This document shows, one piece after another, positions 20,148 to 28,785 of a stretch of 64,000 nucleotides of DNA. Every line of letters begins with the position of its first letter. Positions within the stretch are counted from its first letter, which is position 1. Position numbers and translations under genes: made by a program. Source of the stretch: Armatimonadota bacterium. GTDB lineage: Bacteria; Armatimonadota; UBA5829; DTLH01. Location: the NCBI GenBank assembly GCA_038207085.1, contig JBBRAE010000002.1:64001-128000 (forward strand), in the 5' to 3' direction. The notes under the pieces are model-generated. The model was given only the letters and a program-made list of their open reading frames with translations. It was not told where the DNA came from and did no database searches.

Positions 20148-21295
20148 CTTCCGCCCAGCACGTCCTTTACTCTCTCGAAAAATCCCTTTTCTTCGTGTGC
20201 GCCCACGCTCTCGCCGCGAAGTTCCGCGAACTGCTTCAAAAGCTCGCGCTGCTCGTCGTTTAGCCTGGTAGGCGTTTGCACCTGAATTATCACGTTCAGA
20301 TTCCCCTTGTTTCGTCCGCGCGGGTCGGGGATACCCTTTTCTTTTAGAGTGTAGACCTCGTCGTTCTGCGTTCCTTCAGCGATGTGGAGGTCGGCGTCCT
20401 CGAAGAGCGTCTTCACTGTGATCGTCGCGCCAAGCGCCGCCTGTGCGAATGTTACGGGAATCTCGCACCAGATGTCGTTGCCCCGACGCTCAAAGCGATC
20501 ATGCGGGCGGACGTGTGTGAAAACATACAAATCCCCCGTAGTTCCGCCGCGCATCCCGGCTTCACCCTCGCCTGTGATCCTGATGCGGTTGCCATCATCG
20601 ACGCCTGCGGGTATGTTGACGGTCTTCTCGACCGTCTTCTTGACCCGGCCCGCGCCGCCGCACTCCTTGCAGGGGTTGGTCACGATCCGGCCTTCGCCGT
20701 GGCACCTGGGGCAGGCCATTACCCGGATCTGTGTGCCGAGGATCGTCTGCTGCTGCTGGCGGACTTGTCCCGCTCCGCGACAGGTCGGACACGTCTCCGG
20801 GTTGCTTCCTTCAGCCGCGCCAGAGCCGTGGCAGATGCCGCAGGACTCCCAGCGACTGAAGCGGACCTTCTTCTCGACGCCGGTCGCCACCTCTTCAAGG
20901 CTGAGCTCGACGTCGTAGCGCAGGTCGCTTCCCCGCTCGGCTCCAGGGCGGCCGCCAGCGGTCTGACGCGCGCCGCCGCCAAAGAACATATCAAATATGT
21001 CCCCGAAACCGCCGAAGTCGACCGAGAACCCGTAGTCGCCTCCTCCGCCGGGCGCTCCCGCGCCGCCATTTACACCAGCGTGCCCGAAGCGGTTATACAT
21101 CTCGCGCTTCTGTCCGTCGGAGAGCACCTCGTAGGCCTCGTTGATCTCCTTGAACTGGTCCTCGGCCTCGTTGTTGCCGGGGTTAACGTCGGGATGGTGC
21201 TTGCGCGCAAGCCGTCGGTATGCTTTTTTTACATCATCGGCGTTCGCTTCACGTGAAACGCCTAAGACTTCGTAGTAATCTCTTTTGTCTGCCAT
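20144..21295 (-). CDS. dnaJ: chaperone DnaJ
   Basis: J domain with HPD, G/F region, four CxxCxGxG repeats. Confidence 0.97.
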   Translation of the reverse strand: MADKRDYYEVLGVSREANADDVKKAYRRLARKHHPDVNPGNNEAEDQFKEINEAYEVLSDGQKREMYNRFGHAGVNGGAGAPGGGGDYGFSVDFGGFGDIFDMFFGGGARQTAGGRPGAERGSDLRYDVELSLEEVATGVEKKVRFSRWESCGICHGSGAAEGSNPETCPTCRGAGQVRQQQQTILGTQIRVMACPRCHGEGRIVTNPCKECGGAGRVKKTVEKTVNIPAGVDDGNRIRITGEGEAGMRGGTTGDLYVFTHVRPHDRFERRGNDIWCEIPVTFAQAALGATITVKTLFEDADLHIAEGTQNDEVYTLKEKGIPDPRGRNKGNLNVIIQVQTPTRLNDEQRELLKQFAELRGESVGAHEEKGFFERVKDVLGGR

Positions 21296-21354
21296 AGTTC
21301 CAAATCTGGGGTTAGGGATTAGGGGCTGGGGTGGTAGACCCTTCGCCCCTGACC

Positions 21355-23133
21355 TTATACTTCTTCCGTTACTTCGGTTTGTACTTCTGTTTGCTGCTCT
21401 TCGGCGGGTTCGGCTGTCGCCGCCGCCGCTTTATATACGAGCTCGCTAAGTGATTCGGCGCAGGTTTTGATCTCTGCGGTGTCGTCACTGGAGAGCTTTG
21501 CCTTTAGCTCGGTTATAGCATCGCGGATCGCTTCGGCCTTTTCAGCCGGAAGCTTGCCGTCTGCGCTTGCAAGCGACTGCTCGGCGGCGTAGACTACGGA
21601 GTCCGCGAAGTTGCGTGTCTCACGGGACTCTCGAAGTTCGTGATCCTCCCGCGCATGCACTTCGGCGTCCCGGATCATCTGGTCGATCTCTTCTTTTTTC
21701 AGGCCCTTCGAGCCGGTGATCGTTATGCTCTGCTCGCGCCCGGTCGCTTTGTCCTTCGCCGAAACGCTCACGATGCCGTTTGCGTCGACGTTGAAGGTGA
21801 CTTCAACTCTCGGCATGCCCTTTGGAGCCGACTGGATACCTGTGAGCTGGAAGTTGCCGAGCCTCTTGTTGTCCTCGGCCATATCGCGCTCGCCCTGGAA
21901 GACCTTGATGTCCACCTCGTGCTGATTGTCCGCGGCGGTCGTAAACTCCTGGGTCTTTGAGGTCGGGATCGTCGTGTTGCGATCGATAAGCCGCGTAAAT
22001 ATCCCGCCCAGCGTTTCAATGCCAAGCGAAAGCGGCGTCACGTCGAGCAGAACGATGTCCTTGACCTCGCCTGAGAGCACTCCGCCCTGTATCGCCGCGC
22101 CCACCGCGACTACCTCGTCCGGGTTCAGCCCCTTGTAGGGCTCTTTGCCGAACATGCTTCGCACAAGCTCCTGCACCGCGGGCATCCTGGTCGAGCCGCC
22201 GACCAAAAGCACCCGGTCGATCTCACCAGCCGCAAGCTTTGCGTCCGAGAGCGCCTGCCGGGTCGGCCCGAGCATTCTGTCCCGCAGGTCAGATGTGAGA
22301 TCCTCAAGTTTGGCGCGTGTAAGGTCCAGGTCAAGATGCACCGGTCCGTCGCTTGTGACCGATATAAAAGGCAGGTTGATATTGGTCGAAACGACGCTTG
22401 AAAGCTCGACTTTGGCCCGTTCGGCAGCTTCGCGAAGCCGCTGCAGCGCCATCTTGTCGGCCCTCAGATTGACCCCATTTGCCCGCGCGAACTCGTCGGC
22501 GAGGTGGTTGGTGATCCGCTCGTCCCAATCGTCGCCGCCGAGTTTCGTGTCGCCGTTTGTCGCTTGAACCTCAAAGACCCCTTCGCCGATCTCAAGGATC
22601 GAAACGTCAAAGGTACCTCCTCCGAGGTCCCAGACAAGAATGGTGTGAACGTTTTCCTTGTCCATACCGTAGGCAAGCGCCGCCGCAGTCGGCTCATTGA
22701 TGATGCGCACGACCTCAAGCCCGGCGATCGCTCCCGCGTCTTTGGTGGCCTGCCTTTGGCTGTCGGAGAAGTAGGCCGGGACGGTGACTACCGCCTTTGT
22801 GACCGGCTCCCCGAGGTAAGCTTCGGCGTCAGCCTTCAGCTTCTGCAGGATCATCGCAGAAACCTCGGGCGGCGTATAGTCCTTGCCGTCAATCGCGACT
22901 TTGTAGTTCGTGCCGATATGGCGCTTGACCGACGCTACCGTGCGGTCCGGGTTGGTTATCGCTTGCCGTTTTGCGAGCTGGCCGACGAGTCTTTCGCCGT
23001 TCTTGGTGAACCCCACAACTGACGGACAAAGCCTGCTTCCTTCAGCGGTCGGTATGACCGTCGGTTCGCCGCCTTCCATCACCGCGATGACGGAGTTGGT
23101 CGTCCCGAGGTCTATGCCTACGATCTTGGGCAT
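21355..23133 (-). CDS. dnaK: chaperone DnaK (Hsp70)
   Basis: [37 protein letters not shown]. Confidence 0.97.
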   Translation of the reverse strand: MPKIVGIDLGTTNSVIAVMEGGEPTVIPTAEGSRLCPSVVGFTKNGERLVGQLAKRQAITNPDRTVASVKRHIGTNYKVAIDGKDYTPPEVSAMILQKLKADAEAYLGEPVTKAVVTVPAYFSDSQRQATKDAGAIAGLEVVRIINEPTAAALAYGMDKENVHTILVWDLGGGTFDVSILEIGEGVFEVQATNGDTKLGGDDWDERITNHLADEFARANGVNLRADKMALQRLREAAERAKVELSSVVSTNINLPFISVTSDGPVHLDLDLTRAKLEDLTSDLRDRMLGPTRQALSDAKLAAGEIDRVLLVGGSTRMPAVQELVRSMFGKEPYKGLNPDEVVAVGAAIQGGVLSGEVKDIVLLDVTPLSLGIETLGGIFTRLIDRNTTIPTSKTQEFTTAADNQHEVDIKVFQGERDMAEDNKRLGNFQLTGIQSAPKGMPRVEVTFNVDANGIVSVSAKDKATGREQSITITGSKGLKKEEIDQMIRDAEVHAREDHELRESRETRNFADSVVYAAEQSLASADGKLPAEKAEAIRDAITELKAKLSSDDTAEIKTCAESLSELVYKAAAATAEPAEEQQTEVQTEVTEEV

Positions 23134-23143
23134 TTAGTCGTCC

Positions 23144-23599
23144 TTACTCTTCTTCGGTCTTCTCTTCGGACTCTTCTTCGTCCTCAGGGATTGCCAGCAA
23201 TTCGGAAATCTGCTCGCTTGTAGGTGCGGCCTCTTCATCTTCGGACTGGCCGTTTCCTTCGTCGGGGAGTCTCAGAAGCTCGGCGACTCTTGCGGCCTCG
23301 TCTACAGGCGCAGGCTCAGCGGTGATTTCCGCGGCCTCAGTCTCTGCAGCCTCAAGCTCAGGAAACCCGTCAAGTGTCGGAACGGATGTGCACAGCACTT
23401 CGTCGTGCGACGGCACGTCAAAGGTCACCTTGCCAGCCGCGATCTCTTCGAGCGCGATGGTGAGTGGGTTGGTCGACGGCGTGTCGAGGAGCTTAGGCGC
23501 TCCTTCACGAAGTTGCTTTGCTCTTCTGGCGGCAAGTATGACAAGCGTAAAACGGCTGTCGACTCTCTTTTCCAGTTCGTCAGCGGATGGATAAATCAA
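23144..23599 (-). CDS. rpoZ: RNA polymerase omega subunit with long acidic tail
   Basis: SRFTLVILAARRAKQL...NPLTIALEEIAAGKV. Confidence 0.9.
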   Translation of the reverse strand: MIYPSADELEKRVDSRFTLVILAARRAKQLREGAPKLLDTPSTNPLTIALEEIAAGKVTFDVPSHDEVLCTSVPTLDGFPELEAAETEAAEITAEPAPVDEAARVAELLRLPDEGNGQSEDEEAAPTSEQISELLAIPEDEEESEEKTEEE

Positions 23600-23642
23600 T
23601 TTATTATCACCTCATAATAGATAGGTTGCGAATCGTAATCAC

Positions 23643-23723
23643 AAACAAAAAGGGCCGGTAATACCGGCTCCAGACACATATTTCCATCGGTGTAATTATA
23701 CTCCAAACAACGATCTTGGTCAA
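23643..23723 (-). promoter_or_regulatory. sigma70 promoter plus leader terminator upstream of rpoZ-dnaK
   Basis: TTGACC-N17-TATAAT (23723-23695), then GCCGGT-ATT-ACCGGC-CC-TTTTTGTTT. Confidence 0.65.
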
Positions 23724-23799
23724 ACGCCGATTGCTTTTATACTCGTTTGGCAGTGACCACGTGACGACAGACTCGCCTATCGCGTATAATAACTGAGCA

Positions 23800-24534
23800 A
23801 TGGAACACCCCGATCTGAGCGTCGTAGTGCCGGCGTACAATGAAGAATATCTGCTTGAAAGCACCGTGCGGGATATCGCGGAGTATCTCGCGGGGCTCGG
23901 GCTCGCCTGGGAGATACTCATAGTCGATGACGGCAGCCGCGACCGCACCCGGGATATTGCAAACAATCTTGCCAAAGATATTCCCTGCGTGCGGGTGTGC
24001 TCCTACGAGCAAAACAGGGGCAAAGGCTTCGCTGTGCGCACGGGGATGCTCGCCGCAGCGGGGGAGCGCGTGCTCTTTACCGACGCCGACCACTCCACGC
24101 CGATCAGTGAGCTTCCGGCGATGATGTCGGCGCTTGACCAAGGTTTCGGGGTAGCTATCGGCTCGCGCGCGGTGCGTGGGTCGGTTCGAACCGTCCGCCA
24201 ACCCTGCTACCGGGAGCTTGGCGGGCGGATGATCAACCTGTTTATCAGACTTTGGGCTGTGCCGGGGATCAAAGACACCCAGTGCGGTTACAAACTCTTT
24301 TCACGCGCCGCGGCGCAGGACGTCTTCGCGCGCTCCACGATCGAGGACTTCAGCTTCGACATCGAGGCGCTTTATCTCGCGCGAAAGATGGGCTACAGAG
24401 TCGCCGAGCTTCCCGTGCACTGGGCCAACCGGAGCGCAAGCCGTGTGAGGCCGTTTCGAGACGGGATGCGCATATTTGCCGATATCTTCAGGATCAGACG
24501 GCACAGGTACAAACTCCCCGGAGCGCGATCTTGA
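23800..24534 (+). CDS. GT2 glycosyltransferase (dolichyl-phosphate glucosyltransferase-like)
   Basis: VVVPAYNE, VDDGSRD, NRGKG, FTDAD, DTQCGYKLF. Confidence 0.9.
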   Translation: MEHPDLSVVVPAYNEEYLLESTVRDIAEYLAGLGLAWEILIVDDGSRDRTRDIANNLAKDIPCVRVCSYEQNRGKGFAVRTGMLAAAGERVLFTDADHSTPISELPAMMSALDQGFGVAIGSRAVRGSVRTVRQPCYRELGGRMINLFIRLWAVPGIKDTQCGYKLFSRAAAQDVFARSTIEDFSFDIEALYLARKMGYRVAELPVHWANRSASRVRPFRDGMRIFADIFRIRRHRYKLPGARS

Positions 24535-25355
24535 TAGGGACTGCGATTGCGGCGGGGCTCGTCGCTTACGGGGCGTTTTATGAGCGCGTCGCCGTGCGTC
24601 TCACGCGTATGGAGCTTGCCTATTCGCGCCTGCCGGAGGCGTTTGACGGCTTCAGGATTCTCCACATCTCCGACACGCACATCTCCCACTGGTGGGACGG
24701 CGAGCGGCGGATGGAAACCCTCGTGCGCGAAAACCCCGCCGATATTCTCTTCCACACTGGCGACATCGCCGTCAATCCCTGCGGCGCGCGCCTTGCCCGT
24801 GAGTTCTTCGACCGGGTCGGCCCCGAGATGGGAGTTTGGGCGGTTTGGGGGAACACCGAGCACAAGGGCGACTATGGCCGCGAGCGGCGCGATGATCTCA
24901 CCTACCCGGGCCTGCGGGTGCTTACAAACGAACATGTCACGCTCGAGCGCGACGGGCAGAGCATTGTCCTTGCAGGAGTCGACGACCCGTTCCTCGGGCA
25001 TGCTGACCTGGAGCGCGCGATGCAGGGCGTGCCGGGTGACGCCTTCAAGATTCTTCTAGCCCACGCGCCAAGTATCGCCGGACGTGCCGCTGACGCAGGG
25101 GTCGACCTGCTGCTATCGGGCCACACCCACGGCGGACAGATAAGGCTTCCCATCATCGGCTGCGTATACCCCCATATTCACGAGTATAAGGCGCTTGTGA
25201 AGGGTTTGTTCGAAGGAAAGCGACTCTCAAAAATCCTCGGGCGCGACGCAGGTGAGATGCGGGTATTTACCAACTCGGGAATCGGCATCAGCAACGTGCC
25301 GATGCGCTTCCTTTGTCCGCCCGAAGTCGCCCACATCACCCTCCGAAAAGCCTGA
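24531..25355 (+). CDS. metallophosphoesterase (YkuE/YaeI-like)
   Basis: HISDTH, TGD, WGN, LAHAP, SGHTHGGQ; start codon approximate. Confidence 0.85.
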   Translation: MIGTAIAAGLVAYGAFYERVAVRLTRMELAYSRLPEAFDGFRILHISDTHISHWWDGERRMETLVRENPADILFHTGDIAVNPCGARLAREFFDRVGPEMGVWAVWGNTEHKGDYGRERRDDLTYPGLRVLTNEHVTLERDGQSIVLAGVDDPFLGHADLERAMQGVPGDAFKILLAHAPSIAGRAADAGVDLLLSGHTHGGQIRLPIIGCVYPHIHEYKALVKGLFEGKRLSKILGRDAGEMRVFTNSGIGISNVPMRFLCPPEVAHITLRKA

Positions 25356-25433
25356 TCACGCGCCGATAATCACTGTATAAGGGGAAATCCCGGTGCTGTT
25401 GGATGTTTCACTAATCCCCAAACGAGGTTCACG

Positions 25434-25817
25434 ATGGCGAAAAGAATTATGATAGTTGATGACAGCATGCGCTGGAGGATGGAGCTTCGCGACGTGTTGG
25501 CAAGCCACGGGTTCTCCGTCTGCGCCGAGGCCTCAAGTGGCAGGCAGGCGCTCGATCATTACGAAAAGGCGAACCCCGATATCATAATGGTCGATGCCGT
25601 GATGCCGGACTGGGACGGCGTCTGGACTATTCGCCAGATCAAGGGGAAATACCCGGATGCGACCATCATACTCTGTGCCGGAAACGGCGAGCAGTCCACA
25701 GTCACCCAGGCGCTCACCGCCGGGGCCGCCGACTTTTGCGTCAAACCATACGTCGCCCGGGCCGTGCTCGCCGTGATGCGACGAGTGGCGATGGGTGGCC
25801 GCCCCACCTGGAGTTAA
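25434..25817 (+). CDS. single-domain response regulator (CheY-like)
   Basis: IMIVDD, MVDAVMP, FCVKPY. Confidence 0.88.
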   Translation: MAKRIMIVDDSMRWRMELRDVLASHGFSVCAEASSGRQALDHYEKANPDIIMVDAVMPDWDGVWTIRQIKGKYPDATIILCAGNGEQSTVTQALTAGAADFCVKPYVARAVLAVMRRVAMGGRPTWS

Positions 25818-25907
25818 TTTCGAACAACTGTTGCCGCTGCTGTTCTCCGATGTTATAATGGCTTCACTAGCTTAACTTCACTTAATCATCAACGAGGAGA
25901 TATATAG

Positions 25908-27203
25908 ATGGAGCAGCGCCAGTTCTTACTCAAGCAGGAAGACATGCCGAGGCAGTGGTACAACATCGCTGCCGACCTTCCGAACCCGCCCGCCCCGCCT
26001 CTTAACCCGGCGACAAACGAGCCCGCCGGACCAGAGGACCTTGCGGCGATTTTCTGCGACCCGATCATCGAGCAGGAGGTCTCCACCAAGCGGTGGATAG
26101 ACATCCCCGAGGAGGTCCAGGACGCGCTCGCGATCTGGCGGCCTACACCGCTTATTCGCGCGACCAGGCTTGAACGAGCGCTTGGGACCCCGGCCAAGAT
26201 TTTTTACAAGTACGAGGGGACGAGCCCGGTCGGAAGCCACAAGCCGAACACCGCCGTCGCCCAGGCCTACTACAACAAGATTTCAGGGGTAAAGCGACTT
26301 GCGACCGAGACCGGCGCGGGCCAGTGGGGCTGCGCGCTTTCTATGTCGTGCAACTTCTTTGGCCTGGAGTGCACCGTCTACATGGTGCGTGTCAGCTTCA
26401 CCCAGAAGCCGTATCGCAAGTCGATGATGCAGACCTTCGGCGCGACGATCTTTCCGAGCCCGAGCCCTGCGACCGAGTTTGGTAAAAAGATGCTCGCGCT
26501 CTATCCGGATACCCCCGGCAGTCTCGGGATCGCGATCAGTGAGGCGCTTGAGGACACTGTCACCCACGAGGGAGTCAAGTACGCGCTTGGGAGCGTCTCA
26601 AACCACGTGCTCCTGCACCAGACCGTGATCGGTCAGGAAGCCAAGAAGCAGATGGAGATGGCCGGGGAGTATCCCGATGTCGTGATCGGGTGCGCGGGCG
26701 GCGGCAGCAACCTCGCGGGTATCGCCTTCCCGTTTATCGCCGACAAGATCGCCGGAAAGAATGTGCGTGCGCTTGCCGTCGAGCCCTCGTCCTGTCCGTC
26801 GCTTACCGAAGGAGAGTACCGCTACGATTTTGGTGACACCGCGCAGATGACCCCGCTTTTCAAGATGTACACACTGGGGAGCGACTTTATCCCGCCCGGA
26901 ATCCACGCCGGAGGACTGCGCTACCACGGAATGGCTCCGCTTGTGAGCCAGGTCTACCACGAAGGGCTGATGGAGGCCGTCGCTTATCCCCAGCTTGAGG
27001 TGTTTGACGCCGCAGTTGCCTTCGCTCGCGCCGAGGGTATCATCCCCGCGCCAGAGTCCTCGCACGCCATCAAAGCCGCGATCGACGAGGCAATGAAGGC
27101 CAAAGAAGAGGGCCGCGAGCGGGTGATTCTCTTTAACCTGAGTGGAAACGGCTACCTAGACCTCGGCGCATACGACGCCTACTTCGCAGGCGAGCTTAGC
27201 TGA
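25908..27203 (+). CDS. trpB: TrpB2 (stand-alone tryptophan synthase beta-like PLP enzyme)
   Basis: [32 protein letters not shown]; no adjacent trpA. Confidence 0.93.
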   Translation: MEQRQFLLKQEDMPRQWYNIAADLPNPPAPPLNPATNEPAGPEDLAAIFCDPIIEQEVSTKRWIDIPEEVQDALAIWRPTPLIRATRLERALGTPAKIFYKYEGTSPVGSHKPNTAVAQAYYNKISGVKRLATETGAGQWGCALSMSCNFFGLECTVYMVRVSFTQKPYRKSMMQTFGATIFPSPSPATEFGKKMLALYPDTPGSLGIAISEALEDTVTHEGVKYALGSVSNHVLLHQTVIGQEAKKQMEMAGEYPDVVIGCAGGGSNLAGIAFPFIADKIAGKNVRALAVEPSSCPSLTEGEYRYDFGDTAQMTPLFKMYTLGSDFIPPGIHAGGLRYHGMAPLVSQVYHEGLMEAVAYPQLEVFDAAVAFARAEGIIPAPESSHAIKAAIDEAMKAKEEGRERVILFNLSGNGYLDLGAYDAYFAGELS

Positions 27204-27219
27204 AGAATCAAGGGTTTTT

Positions 27220-27960
27220 ATGAACTATTACGCAATAGTCCTCGCTGCGGGCAGGGGCAAGAGAATGAGGGACGAGTCACTTCCCTCTGAGTTTCCCAAG
27301 GTGCTCCGGCAGGTTCGTGGCCGGGCTCTGGTCGAGTACGTCGTCGACGCCCTTCGGGGAGCCGGGGTAGATGATATCGCGCTCGTCGTCGGTTTTGGCG
27401 CGGAGTTTGTCCGGGATGCGATGGGTGAAGGCTTCACGTACGCCACCCAGACCGAGCAGCTCGGCTCCGGGCACGCCGTTGCGTGCGCCCGGGAAGCGCT
27501 CTTGGGCCGGGGCGGCTCGGTGATCGTTATGTGCGGCGACAGTCCGCTCTTCACCTCCGAGACTATCAGCCGACTGATCGCGTGCCACAGGGAGTCGAGC
27601 GCGACGATCACCCTCGTATCGTCCGTCCTCGACGACCCGACCGGCTACGGCCGCATCATGCGCGAGAAGTCGGGCAGGATCACGGGAATCGTTGAAGAAA
27701 AGTGCGCGGGAGCGGCAGAAAAAGCTGTCCGGGAGATAAACGGCGGCGCGCTCGCCTTTGATTCGGCCTGGCTTTGGGAGAACATCGACCAGATGCAGGT
27801 AAACGACGCGGGTGAGCTCAACCTGACCGACCTCGTGCGGGTCGCGATCTCCCAGGGAAAGCCGGTCGAAGCAGTCGAGTGCCTCCCCGAAGAGGTAATG
27901 GGCGTCAACACCCCCACCGATCTTGCCAACGCCGAGAAGATTTTGGAGAAACGGGACTAA
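27220..27960 (+). CDS. sugar-phosphate nucleotidyltransferase (GlmU N-terminal domain only)
   Basis: LAAGRGKRM, QTEQLGSGHAV, GDSPL, DPTGYGRI, GVNT; no hexapeptide-repeat domain. Confidence 0.85.
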   Translation: MNYYAIVLAAGRGKRMRDESLPSEFPKVLRQVRGRALVEYVVDALRGAGVDDIALVVGFGAEFVRDAMGEGFTYATQTEQLGSGHAVACAREALLGRGGSVIVMCGDSPLFTSETISRLIACHRESSATITLVSSVLDDPTGYGRIMREKSGRITGIVEEKCAGAAEKAVREINGGALAFDSAWLWENIDQMQVNDAGELNLTDLVRVAISQGKPVEAVECLPEEVMGVNTPTDLANAEKILEKRD

Positions 27961-27984
27961 GAACTACCGCCATTGTCGCCAGAC

Positions 27985-28749
27985 TCACAACTCGCTTGCC
28001 TCGGCTGTCCATTTTAGCATTCGCACGCTGAAACCCGACTTGGTCTGAGGGTATTCCACCTCGTCCATTGTCGCCTTGATAAGCTTGGTGCCGAGGCCGC
28101 AGGAGCCAGCGGGCGCATCGCCGTTGGGCTGGGAACCAGTCCCCGAGCCCTCGTCCATCACCTCTATCACAAGCGCCAGAGGGCACGACATGCATCTGAG
28201 TCGGATCCTGCTCCGGGGGCTTTTTGACCCGTGCCGAAGAGCGTTTACCAGCGCCTCACCGGCGGCGAGTCGCACGTCAAGGAGCGCGTCGGCGTCAAAG
28301 CCGGTTTCCCTTGCCGCCTCGATAGCCATATCCCGAAGGACTGCGACAAGCTCGGGCTCGGCAAGCGTGACGGACTCTGTCATTCGCCACTCCTGGCGTC
28401 TAAGCGTCGAACGATCCGGGCACTGCCTGGGGATTCCCACAACAGCCGGAGCGAGCCCAAACACCGGGGCCAGCCCCGAAAGTCTGAGGACGTGACTTAG
28501 CGAGTCACTTGCCCCGGAAAGCCTGATGTCGACCCCACTGTCGCGCGCCTGCATATAGGCGGCGACAAGTCCCGAAAGCCCGCGCGAATCTATCAAATCA
28601 ACTTCCGACAGATCGATCGTTACGGCCCGTTCTTCGTCGATCATCCCCGCGAGCATCTCGACAAACTTGTCGCTGCTCATAAAGTCGACGTTTCCGCTGA
28701 TTTTCAGGATGTTTCCATCCCGCACTGAAACCAGACATGCTTCTTCCAT
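27985..28749 (-). CDS. STAS anti-anti-sigma domain fused to RsbW-like HATPase domain
   Basis: IDLSEVDLIDSRGL; EALVNALRHG, DEGSG, GLG. Confidence 0.85.
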   Translation of the reverse strand: MEEACLVSVRDGNILKISGNVDFMSSDKFVEMLAGMIDEERAVTIDLSEVDLIDSRGLSGLVAAYMQARDSGVDIRLSGASDSLSHVLRLSGLAPVFGLAPAVVGIPRQCPDRSTLRRQEWRMTESVTLAEPELVAVLRDMAIEAARETGFDADALLDVRLAAGEALVNALRHGSKSPRSRIRLRCMSCPLALVIEVMDEGSGTGSQPNGDAPAGSCGLGTKLIKATMDEVEYPQTKSGFSVRMLKWTAEASEL

Positions 28750-28785
28750 CGGCGTCCCCTTCCGACGTTTGGCTGTATTGCTGTC

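Noticed and set aside
21355..21372. DnaK ending in EEV, resembling eukaryotic EEVD
   Set aside because: Bacterial DnaK tails commonly contain EEV; not distinctive
25362..25369. sigma28 -10 element GCCGATAA upstream of the CheY-like gene
   Set aside because: Context is attractive, but there is no TAAA -35 at the right spacing
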